Assembly: GCA_965261005.1 (NCBI GenBank)
Contig: OZ253375.1
Coordinates: 352,001-416,000, forward strand
Direction of reading: 5' to 3'
Source of the DNA: Deinococcus sp.
Lineage (GTDB): Bacteria > Deinococcota > Deinococci > Deinococcales > Deinococcaceae
Length of the DNA stretch: 64,000 bases
In this document: in pieces, positions 52,831 through 64,000 of the stretch
Position numbering within the stretch: position 1 is the stretch's first letter
Layout: each line of letters starts with the position of its first letter
The notes under the pieces: model-generated
Databases searched by the model: none
Told to the model about the DNA's origin: nothing
What the model saw: the letters and a program-made list of their open reading frames with translations, nothing else
Position numbers and translations under genes: made by a program

Positions 52831-55467
52831 CTACCCGAAGTGCCGCTCCATCTCGGTCTGCGGCCGGGTTTGCGGTCGCCAATCGGCCGCCGGGCGCCCG
52901 AACAGGTAGCCTTGCAAGGTGCCCACGCCGAGGGCGCGCAGGGCGGCGTATTGCTCGGCGGTCTCGACGCCCTCGGCCACGACGTCGAGACCCAGTTCGC
53001 GGCTGAGGTGAACGATGGCGCGGATAATGGCCCCGCCCCGTTGTGGGCCGTCCATGCGGGTCACGAAGCTGCGGTCGATCTTGACCCCGGACAGCGGAAA
53101 GCGCTCCAGGTAGCTGAGGCTGGAGTAGCCGGTACCAAAGTCGTCCACCATCACCCGCACGCCGAGGTCGCGCAGATCGTGCAGGGTGCGCGCGGCGCGC
53201 TCGGGAAAGTGCATCATCAGGCTCTCGGTGATTTCGAGTTCCAGCAGCTCGGGAGCGAGGCCGCTGCGCGTGAGGGCGCGCTCGACCATCACGATCAGGC
53301 CCTCCTGCGAAAACTGGCGCGCGCTCAGGTTCACGGCGACCCGCACGCCGTTCCAAGCTGTGGCGGCCCGGCAAGCCTCCTCCATCACCCAGGCCCCCAC
53401 CGCGCCGATCATGCCGCTGCGCTCCAGAATCGGAATGAAGTCCCCCGGTAATTGCCGCCCGAGGGCCGGGCTGTCCCAGCGCAACAGCGCCTCGCCCGCC
53501 ACCGGCACCCCGCTGTGGGCGTCCACCAGCGGCTGGTAGTGCAGCGCGAACTCGCGCTTGTCGAGGGCCTTGTAGAGGGCGCTTTCGCGCGCCAACACGT
53601 TTTGCCGGTCGCCCGCGCCGCCGTTGTAGGCCTCGACGCCGCTGCCGAACATCTTGGCGTCCGCCAAGGCGACGCCGGCCGCCCGCCGCAGATCGTCGGC
53701 CGTCATGCCGTGCTCGGGAAAGCAGGCCAAGCCCACGCTGCCGGTCAGGACCACGTCCTGTGCCCGAATCACGAAGCTGCTCTCCAGCGCCCGCAACATG
53801 CGCCGGGCCACGCTTTCCAGCGCCGCGCCGTCCAGCACCAGCAACAAAAACTGGTCGCCATCGGCGCGCGCGAGGGTGTCCCCCTCGCGCAGCTCGGCCG
53901 CCAGGCGCGTTCCCACCTCGCGCAGCAACCGGTCGCCGGTCGCGTGCCCAAAGGCGTCGTTGACCTGCTTGAAGCGGTCGAGGTCGATCACGCCCAGCCC
54001 CACCGGCCGCCCCTCACGCCGGGCGGCGTCGAGGGCTTGGCGCAAACGGTCCTCGAACAGCACGCGGTTGGGCAAGCCGGTCAGGTCGTCGTAGAGGGCG
54101 CGGCGCTCCAACTCCATCACGTAGGCCTGGTTCTGCTCGGCCACCTCGCGCCGGGCGCGCTCGGTCGCCTCGCTGAGTTCGCGGAAGTGTTCGGCGTCGC
54201 GCCGGGCGCTGGTCATCTCAATGCGCGCCATCAGCTGGCGGCTTTGGCGCTCACCCTCCTCGCTTCGTAAGCTGTTTTCCAACGTGCGGGCGGCGCGCAA
54301 ATGACGCACGGTCAAACGCGGCGAGGAGCGCTCCACTATGTCGGCAATCAGCAGGTGCGCCGTGAGGGCGAACTTCTTGCGGCCGTGGCCTTCGGTGAGC
54401 TTGAGGGCCTGATTCAGCACATCCAACGCCGACTTTTCGTCGCGCATGCCTCGCAGGTTCTCCGCCAAGCCCAGCAGCGCCTCAATGTGCCCGTCAACAT
54501 CTCCGCTCTCTTCTGCCAGCTTTGCGGAGGCGCGCAGGTAGCGCTCGGCGCCTACATGGTCTTGGCGAGCGAGTTGGGTCAGGCCAAGGGAGTGGAGGGC
54601 GCCCTGTTCGACCTGAAGGGATTTGGTTTGTTGACCTAGCTGGAGAGCCTGCTGTAACAGCGGCAATGCCTCTTTGAACTGACCGAGCAGTCGGTAAGCT
54701 TCGCCAATGTTCAGCGTGGCGATGGCGACGAACTGTTGATCTTCCTGTGCCTGAGCGAGTTCTAAGGCGCGTTGATAGTGTGGTAAAGCAGTTTCGGGCT
54801 GGTTCATTCTCTCCAAAACCATGCCGATATTGCTCCGTATGCGTAGTTCTGCGCTGGCTGGTGCATTAACCGCTTCTAAAATTGCCAATGCATCATTTAA
54901 TGATGCAAGAGCGTTCGAGTAATCACCGAGTTCCGTGAGCACTAACGCTGTATGGCTTAGAGCATTGGCTTCATCAAAAAAGTTATTTTCCCCTTTTTTA
55001 ATTTTGCGTACTTTAGCAAAGCTTTCCAGGGCGGCGTGGCTATCGCCGCCTTGATGTTGTACCCTGCCTAAGTAGCTGAGTGCCTCGGCCAGCAAAACAA
55101 CCTGATTCTTTCCGTCACACTGGATCACGGCATCCTCTAAGGACAGGCGCGCCTTTCCAAAGTTCCCACTTGTCATATCTTCCAAACCTGCCAAGAATTG
55201 CAGTGCGATGTGTAACCGAACGGCGTAGGCTCCACCACGCTCTTTCAATGCTTCTCTCGCAGTCTCTAAATAGGGCCGTGCCTCTTCCGAACGCTGTAAC
55301 TTGATCAACGCTTCACCGGCGATCAGGTGCGCCCGCGCGCTGTCCAAGCCGTCCGGCGATTTCAAGTTCTCCAAAACAAAGGTGAGAGCGGCGCTGGCGT
55401 CGCTGGCGAGAGTCTTCTCAGCTTGATTTAGCGTGGTAGTCAACCTGTCCCCTTGGGTACGCTTCAT
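52831..55467 (-). CDS. TPR-repeat sensor with degenerate GGDEF and intact EAL phosphodiesterase domain
   Basis: N-terminal ~400 aa of helical TPR-like repeats; DDLTGLPNR/DLDRFKQVND but ADGDQF instead of GGDEF; EALLRW, ELEITES, DDFGTGYSSL, KID, EGVE, QG. Confidence 0.88.
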   Translation of the reverse strand: MKRTQGDRLTTTLNQAEKTLASDASAALTFVLENLKSPDGLDSARAHLIAGEALIKLQRSEEARPYLETAREALKERGGAYAVRLHIALQFLAGLEDMTSGNFGKARLSLEDAVIQCDGKNQVVLLAEALSYLGRVQHQGGDSHAALESFAKVRKIKKGENNFFDEANALSHTALVLTELGDYSNALASLNDALAILEAVNAPASAELRIRSNIGMVLERMNQPETALPHYQRALELAQAQEDQQFVAIATLNIGEAYRLLGQFKEALPLLQQALQLGQQTKSLQVEQGALHSLGLTQLARQDHVGAERYLRASAKLAEESGDVDGHIEALLGLAENLRGMRDEKSALDVLNQALKLTEGHGRKKFALTAHLLIADIVERSSPRLTVRHLRAARTLENSLRSEEGERQSRQLMARIEMTSARRDAEHFRELSEATERARREVAEQNQAYVMELERRALYDDLTGLPNRVLFEDRLRQALDAARREGRPVGLGVIDLDRFKQVNDAFGHATGDRLLREVGTRLAAELREGDTLARADGDQFLLLVLDGAALESVARRMLRALESSFVIRAQDVVLTGSVGLACFPEHGMTADDLRRAAGVALADAKMFGSGVEAYNGGAGDRQNVLARESALYKALDKREFALHYQPLVDAHSGVPVAGEALLRWDSPALGRQLPGDFIPILERSGMIGAVGAWVMEEACRAATAWNGVRVAVNLSARQFSQEGLIVMVERALTRSGLAPELLELEITESLMMHFPERAARTLHDLRDLGVRVMVDDFGTGYSSLSYLERFPLSGVKIDRSFVTRMDGPQRGGAIIRAIVHLSRELGLDVVAEGVETAEQYAALRALGVGTLQGYLFGRPAADWRPQTRPQTEMERHFG

Positions 55468-55583
55468 AAGAATCCTGTGTTCAGGTTAAGAAGAGGATCG
55501 TCACAGAAGTCTGACAGCCGGTCAAAGGGGTATCGGGCGATCTCAAGGATATGTACGCGGGAAACTGGATTTTGGATTTGATG

Positions 55584-55619
55584 AAAAAAGTGAGCGGGAA
55601 GCAATTGCCTCCCGCTCAC
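55584..55619 (-). terminator. Intrinsic terminator between peptide gene and TPR-EAL gene
   Basis: GTGAGCGGGA-GGCAATTGCT-TCCCGCTCAC then TTTTTT. Confidence 0.85.
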
Positions 55620-55645
55620 CAAAGTTTGGTCTCAAAGTTTTATTA

Positions 55646-55768
55646 CTACCACATTCCCTTGCTTCCCTGCGTCGTGGGCTGACCGCTATCAGAAACTGAG
55701 GCCGCTTGGGCGGCGAAACCAGTCAATACCAAAGCCGCAACCGCACCAAGAAAAAAACGCTTCATCAT
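55646..55768 (-). CDS. 40-aa secreted peptide precursor (putative signalling propeptide)
   Basis: AGGAGA RBS 6 nt upstream; MMKRFFLGAVAALVLTGFAAQA|ASVSDSGQPTTQGSKGMW; three tandem stops TAG TAA TAA then terminator. Confidence 0.75.
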   Translation of the reverse strand: MMKRFFLGAVAALVLTGFAAQAASVSDSGQPTTQGSKGMW

Positions 55769-55854
55769 GAGGGTTCTCCTAAGGGGTGGGAGGCACAGCT
55801 CCCCGGAATCGCGGGCGGATGGACGCGGGCTGCGCATGAGACCCTCATGCCTTG

Positions 55855-55906
55855 CTTAATTTACTAAGAAATTTTGACCGATGTGGCGAATTTCTTAAAA
55901 ATTAAG
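55855..55906. promoter_or_regulatory. AT-rich inverted repeat in divergent promoter region
   Basis: CTTAATTTACTAAGAAATT-N15-AATTTCTTAAAAATTAAG. Confidence 0.5.
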
Positions 55907-56051
55907 ATTGAGTTAAGAAACTGTCTTTACCCTTCTGAGAAGCCTGGCTCATACGAGGGGCGGTGTATACTCGGTCCAGGCTTTCTTCCCGGGAAGCCTG
56001 GACTTCTTTCGGCGGCCGGTGCGCGCGCTGGTGGACGCGGAGTGTTCAGCT

Positions 56052-56885
56052 ATGGCCACAGAAAACCCTCACGAACTCGACCGCGACACGCTGCTGTGCC
56101 TGCTCGACGCGCTACCGTTCAGCGTGGTTCTTACCGACGCCGACGAGCGCGTGCTCTACGCCAACGCGCCGTACTGCGCCGCCGTGGGCCTGCCGCTCGC
56201 GGACCTGCTCGGCCGCGTGGCGGGGGAGGTGGCCCAGCTCGGCTTGACCCCCGGCGACCGCGAGCAGTTGCGCCAAACCATGCGGCGCGGCGAGGCGTCG
56301 CGCCACCTGGTGCGCGCCCGCTTGCCGGACGGGGGCGAACGCTGGCACAGCGTGGCGATTCAGCCGCTGCCCGTGGCGGGGGAACAGCGCTTCGTGGGCA
56401 CCCTGACCAACGTGGACGCCTGGGTGCTCGACCAGCGGCGGTGGCATCAGGCCGCCCACACCGACGCGCTGACCGACGCGGGCAACCGCCGGGCCTTTGA
56501 GGCGGCGCTCGGCGCCATGAGCGGCGAGGTGACCTTGCTGGTGATTGACCTCAACGGCCTCAAGGCGCTCAATGACACGCGCGGCCATCAAGCGGGCGAC
56601 GCCTTGCTGCGGACCTTTGCGGCGGCGGCGCGCGCGGCCTGCCGCCGTCAGGACGCGGTGTTCCGCATCGGTGGGGACGAGTTCGCCCTGCTGTTCGCCG
56701 AGTACCTGCCGGGGCCGCTGCTGCGGCGGCGCTGCCAAGACATGCTCGACCACCTGATCGCGCACGGCTTTGCGGGGGCCAGCTTCGCCTACGGGGCGGC
56801 CTACGCCCCCTTGGAGGCGAGCGAGGCCGTCCACCTGCACAAGCTGGCCGACGCGCGCATGTACCTGATGAAGCGCGGCGCCTAG
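56052..56885 (+). CDS. PAS-GGDEF diguanylate cyclase
   Basis: PAS N-terminus; DLNGLKALNDTRGHQAGD, RIGGDEF. Confidence 0.9.
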   Translation: MATENPHELDRDTLLCLLDALPFSVVLTDADERVLYANAPYCAAVGLPLADLLGRVAGEVAQLGLTPGDREQLRQTMRRGEASRHLVRARLPDGGERWHSVAIQPLPVAGEQRFVGTLTNVDAWVLDQRRWHQAAHTDALTDAGNRRAFEAALGAMSGEVTLLVIDLNGLKALNDTRGHQAGDALLRTFAAAARAACRRQDAVFRIGGDEFALLFAEYLPGPLLRRRCQDMLDHLIAHGFAGASFAYGAAYAPLEASEAVHLHKLADARMYLMKRGA

Positions 56886-56910
56886 AGCGTCCGTCAAACC
56901 AGAGCGCAGG

Positions 56911-57291
56911 TCAAAAGCGCCTGAAGCGTCGGACCAGCCACACCACCAAGGCGATCACGGCGATCAGCGCGATCAGATTGAACAGCAGCCCCAGCAGGCT
57001 CCAAAGCGCGCCGCCACCAAAAGAACTGCCGAAAAAGCCGAACGGATGAACGCCGAAAAACGGCACGAAGAAGAAATTTTTGCGCGTTCGGTAAGCGTTG
57101 CCCGGCGAGCTGAGGCGTGGGGTTTGGACTGGTGCCCGAACGCTCGGCGCCCGCCGCAACGGGCTGGACCGGAAACCGCGCGAGCCGCCGAAGCCCCCGC
57201 CGCTGCGGCGCGCGTCGGCAAAGGAGAGCAGCCCCACCAGCACGGCCAGCAGCAGGGCGAGAACGCGAATAAGACGGCGGCCATTGTACAT
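56911..57291 (-). CDS. Hypothetical membrane protein
   Basis: Signal-like N-terminus, RRSGGGFGGS linker, C-terminal TM helix. Confidence 0.6.
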   Translation of the reverse strand: MYNGRRLIRVLALLLAVLVGLLSFADARRSGGGFGGSRGFRSSPLRRAPSVRAPVQTPRLSSPGNAYRTRKNFFFVPFFGVHPFGFFGSSFGGGALWSLLGLLFNLIALIAVIALVVWLVRRFRRF

Positions 57292-57346
57292 ACCTTATGT
57301 ACGCGCCCAGTTCGGCGTTGGTTGCGCCATCAACCCAGCGCCCACA

Positions 57347-58117
57347 TCAACCCAGCGCCCGCGCCATGTCCAGCACGCTGCCGAGTTCCAAGCTCGCCCC
57401 ACCGACCAGGACCCCGTTCACGCTCGGCTGGCCGCAGATCTCGGCGACGTTGTCCGCCTTGACGCTGCCGCCGTAAAGAATCCGAATGCCCGCCCCCGCC
57501 TCACCGTACAGTTCGCCCAGCGCGCCGCGAATGGCCCCGGCCATCTCCTCGGCGTCCGCCGCCGTGGCCGTCTTGCCGGTGCCAATGGCCCAGACCGGCT
57601 CGTAGGCGATCACCACGTTTTCCGGCGCCACATCTTCCAAGCTGCCGCGCAACTGCGTCAGCGTGACCGTGACGTGCCGCCCGAGTTCGCGCACGTCCAG
57701 CGGTTCGCCCACGCACAGGATGGGGGAGAGGCCCCCTTGCTGCGCCGCGCGCGCCTTGGCAGCCACCGCCTCGTCGGTTTCGAAGTGCAGGACCCGCCGC
57801 TCGCTGTGACCCACGGCGGCGTAAGTGCAGCCGAGGTCGGCCAGCATGGCGGCGCTCACCTCGCCGGTGTGGGCGCCCGCTGCGAAGCGGCTCACGTCCT
57901 GCGCGCCGTACCTGATGGGGCCGCCGCGCAGCTCGGCGGCCATCCCCGGTAAGTCCACGAAGGGCGCCAGCACAGTCACCTCGGCGCCCGTTTCGCCCAA
58001 GTCCCGCTTCAGACTGGCCCCCCACGGCCCCACCTCGGAGGGCAGCTTGTTCATCTTCCAGTTGAGCGCCAGCAGGGGGCGCGGCTTGGCGTCGTTTTTG
58101 GCGTCGTTTGCGGTCAT
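57347..58117 (-). CDS. tpiA: Triosephosphate isomerase
   Basis: [36 protein letters not shown]. Confidence 0.97.
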   Translation of the reverse strand: MTANDAKNDAKPRPLLALNWKMNKLPSEVGPWGASLKRDLGETGAEVTVLAPFVDLPGMAAELRGGPIRYGAQDVSRFAAGAHTGEVSAAMLADLGCTYAAVGHSERRVLHFETDEAVAAKARAAQQGGLSPILCVGEPLDVRELGRHVTVTLTQLRGSLEDVAPENVVIAYEPVWAIGTGKTATAADAEEMAGAIRGALGELYGEAGAGIRILYGGSVKADNVAEICGQPSVNGVLVGGASLELGSVLDMARALG

Positions 58118-58228
58118 GCGGGTCTCCCCATCGGTCTCGTTATCGGTCTCGTTCCGAATATATACAAGTTGATGTTGCCATGTTCTATTTTGTGGCGTTC
58201 TACGGCCCACCGGAGCGCTGGGCCGTTC

Positions 58229-59395
58229 CTACGCCATCGCCGCCACCCCCGGCAACTCCCGTCCCTCCAACAACTCCAAGCTGGCCCCACCCCCGGTCGA
58301 GATATGGCTGACCTGCCCAGCCAGGCCGCTCTGGTTGATGGCGCTCACCGAGTCGCCGCCGCCGATCACGCTGTAGGCGCCTTTCAGACCCGCCACCGCC
58401 CGCGCGACGGCCTCGGTGCCCGCCGCGAACTTCTCGAACTCGAAGACGCCCATCGGGCCGTTCCAAAAGACGGTCTTCGCGCCCCGCAAAGCTTCCGTAT
58501 ATCTTTTGCGCGTTTCCGGGCCGATGTCGAGGCCCTGCCAGCCGTCCGGAATGTCGTGGGTGGGCACCACCCGCGTCTGGGCGTCCTCCGCGAAGCGGTC
58601 GGCCGCCACCACGTCCGTTGGCAACTCGATTTTTTCCGCGTACTTCCCGAGCAGCCGCGCCGCGAGGTCCAGCTGGTCGTCCTCGTGAATGCTGTCGCCA
58701 ATCCGGCCGCCGCGCGCCTTGACAAAGGTGTAGGCCATGCCGCCCCCGATCAACAGCCGGTCCACCTTCGGCAGCAGGTGTTCAATGACCCCCAGCTTGT
58801 CGCTGACCTTGGCCCCACCGATGATGACGACGTAGGGCCGCGCGGGGTCGTTCAGCAGCTTGCCGAGCGCCCCCACCTCCTTTTCCATCAAAAAGCCCGC
58901 CGCGTGCGGCAGGAAGGCCGCCACGCCGCTCACGCTGGCGTGCGCCCGGTGTGCGCTGCCAAAGGCGTCCAGCACGAAGACGTCGCCCAAGGCGGAGAGA
59001 CGGCGCGCCAAGTCGGGGTCGTTCTGCTCCTCGCCCGCCTCAAAGCGCACGTTCTCCAAGAGGGCCACCTCGCCCGGCTGCAAATCTGCCAGCGCGCCCG
59101 CCGTCTCCGGGCTGCCCGGCAAGCTCGGCAGGTAGCGCACCGGCCGGCCCAGCAAGGCCTCCAACGCCGCCGCCACCGGTTTCAGACGGTACTTGTCGTC
59201 CGGCCCGTTCTTGGGCCGTCCCAAGTGGCTCATCAGGATCACGGCCGCGCCCTCGTCGAGCAAGAATTCGATGGTGGGCAGCGAGGCGTCGATGCGGGTG
59301 GCGTCCACGATGCAGCCATTCTCCATCGGCACGTTGTAATCCACCCGCACCAACACGCGCTTGCCGCGCACGTCCACGTCGCTCAAGGTCTGCAT
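58229..59395 (-). CDS. pgk: Phosphoglycerate kinase
   Basis: [45 protein letters not shown]. Confidence 0.97.
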   Translation of the reverse strand: MQTLSDVDVRGKRVLVRVDYNVPMENGCIVDATRIDASLPTIEFLLDEGAAVILMSHLGRPKNGPDDKYRLKPVAAALEALLGRPVRYLPSLPGSPETAGALADLQPGEVALLENVRFEAGEEQNDPDLARRLSALGDVFVLDAFGSAHRAHASVSGVAAFLPHAAGFLMEKEVGALGKLLNDPARPYVVIIGGAKVSDKLGVIEHLLPKVDRLLIGGGMAYTFVKARGGRIGDSIHEDDQLDLAARLLGKYAEKIELPTDVVAADRFAEDAQTRVVPTHDIPDGWQGLDIGPETRKRYTEALRGAKTVFWNGPMGVFEFEKFAAGTEAVARAVAGLKGAYSVIGGGDSVSAINQSGLAGQVSHISTGGGASLELLEGRELPGVAAMA

Positions 59396-59417
59396 GTGTT
59401 CCTCCGGGAAACGCTTC

Positions 59418-60458
<1,041 letters not shown>

Positions 60459-60492
60459 TTAACGCACGCCCCGCGGTGCTACCATTCCGGGA

Positions 60493-61890
<1,398 letters not shown>

Positions 61891-61916
61891 ATATATACAA
61901 CCCAAATGATCAAACG

Positions 61917-62836
61917 TTAGTCAACTAATCTGTCCGCCACCTCTAAAAAAGGTGCCCCCAGTGCCGGCAAGCCGTGCCGCGCGCAGTACAGCCCAGTCGA
62001 GACCCGCTCCAAATAGGCCCACTGCCAAATCGCTTCCACCCCAATCCCGGTAATCCGCGCCAGCTGCCCACACCAACCACGCAGCTCCGCAGAAGGGTTC
62101 GCAGACGCCAAAAGCTGCGTGTTCCAGCCACGCAGCGCGACCCCGAGGTCATACTCCGGCTCGCAGAGAAAGCCCTCCGGGTCCACAAACACGTAGCCCG
62201 TCTCGGCGCCAGGACGCTCAGCCTTTACGGGGAGCAAGTTCCCCACGTGCGGATCGCCGTGAACCACCACCTGCCGTCCCGGATCGCGCGCCTTCAAGCG
62301 CTCACGGGCGTACGACAGCGCCCGGTCCACCACACGGCCTCTCACGTTCCCGGCGAGGTCGCGCACAAGGGCGAACAGCCCGGCCGCCTTGTGTTCAGAC
62401 GCGACCCGAACCCAGCCTTCCGGCGGCGCCTGCCACGCCCGCGTCAGCGTTGCGGCCGTGAAGGCCAACGCGGCGGGCACGTCGGCCGCCGACTCGTCCA
62501 GCGGCGGCCCGAGGGATTCCAGCAAGAAAGCGCCCCGCGCCAGGTCGTGGGCGAACACCCGGACGTAGCCGCAACCCCGGGCAGCCAGCAAAACCGCCAA
62601 CTGTGTTGCTAGAGTCGGCTCCGGCAAGGCCAGCTTGATGACGGCTCGCCGCCCGTCAGCCATCGTCACGCGGCAGACGTAAGAGCGGCTGCCGCCCGAC
62701 AACGGCTCGCCCAACCGGAGCTTCCAAGCAAGACACTGCCGTTCCACGGCGGCGGGCAGCGCGTTCAACCACAGCTGACCGGACGCGCCCAAACTCTGCG
62801 CGTAGGCCCGCACGCTGGGCTGCACCACCACCTCCC

Positions 62837-62840
<4 letters not shown>
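61917..62840 (-). CDS. Aminoglycoside/hydroxyurea phosphotransferase (APH(6)/StrB-like)
   Basis: [42 protein letters not shown] overlap with asnS stop. Confidence 0.75.

Positions 62841-64000
<1,160 letters not shown>

Noticed and set aside
55769..55837. 63-aa version of the peptide ORF starting at 55837
   Set aside because: The RBS and signal peptide point to the ATG at 55768 (or 55765).

Overview
High-GC bacterial chromosomal window, most likely Deinococcaceae. That call rests on pervasive leaderless TANNNT promoters, a TilS-TadA fusion, a giant TamB and a Deinococcus-type small repeat. The housekeeping backbone carries tilS-tadA, tRNA-Pro, recX, rpsT, bshA, sucCD, tamB, SAM-I/metY-metX, ZTP/purH-folD, miaA, gap-pgk-tpiA, aspartokinase and asnS. 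Two accessory systems stand out. (1) A 40-aa secreted-peptide gene lies directly upstream of a TPR-(degenerate GGDEF)-EAL protein and divergent from a PAS-GGDEF cyclase: a candidate RRNPP-like peptide signalling system with c-di-GMP output. (2) Two oppositely oriented polymorphic effector loci share a promoter and a QR-rich/DUF4157 N-terminus but carry different dual peptidoglycan-hydrolase C-termini (GH19+NlpC/P60 versus SLT-like+CHAP). Each is followed by an AT-rich secreted immunity-like gene, and one copy has an in-frame amber stop. Also present: a 3.9-kb cassette bounded by a duplication of the ABC-F 5' end, an HNH-AP2 endonuclease relic, an internally deleted LysR, a vapBC pair and an AT-rich Abi-alpha-like orphan. 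All domain calls come from motif recognition by eye, not database searches.
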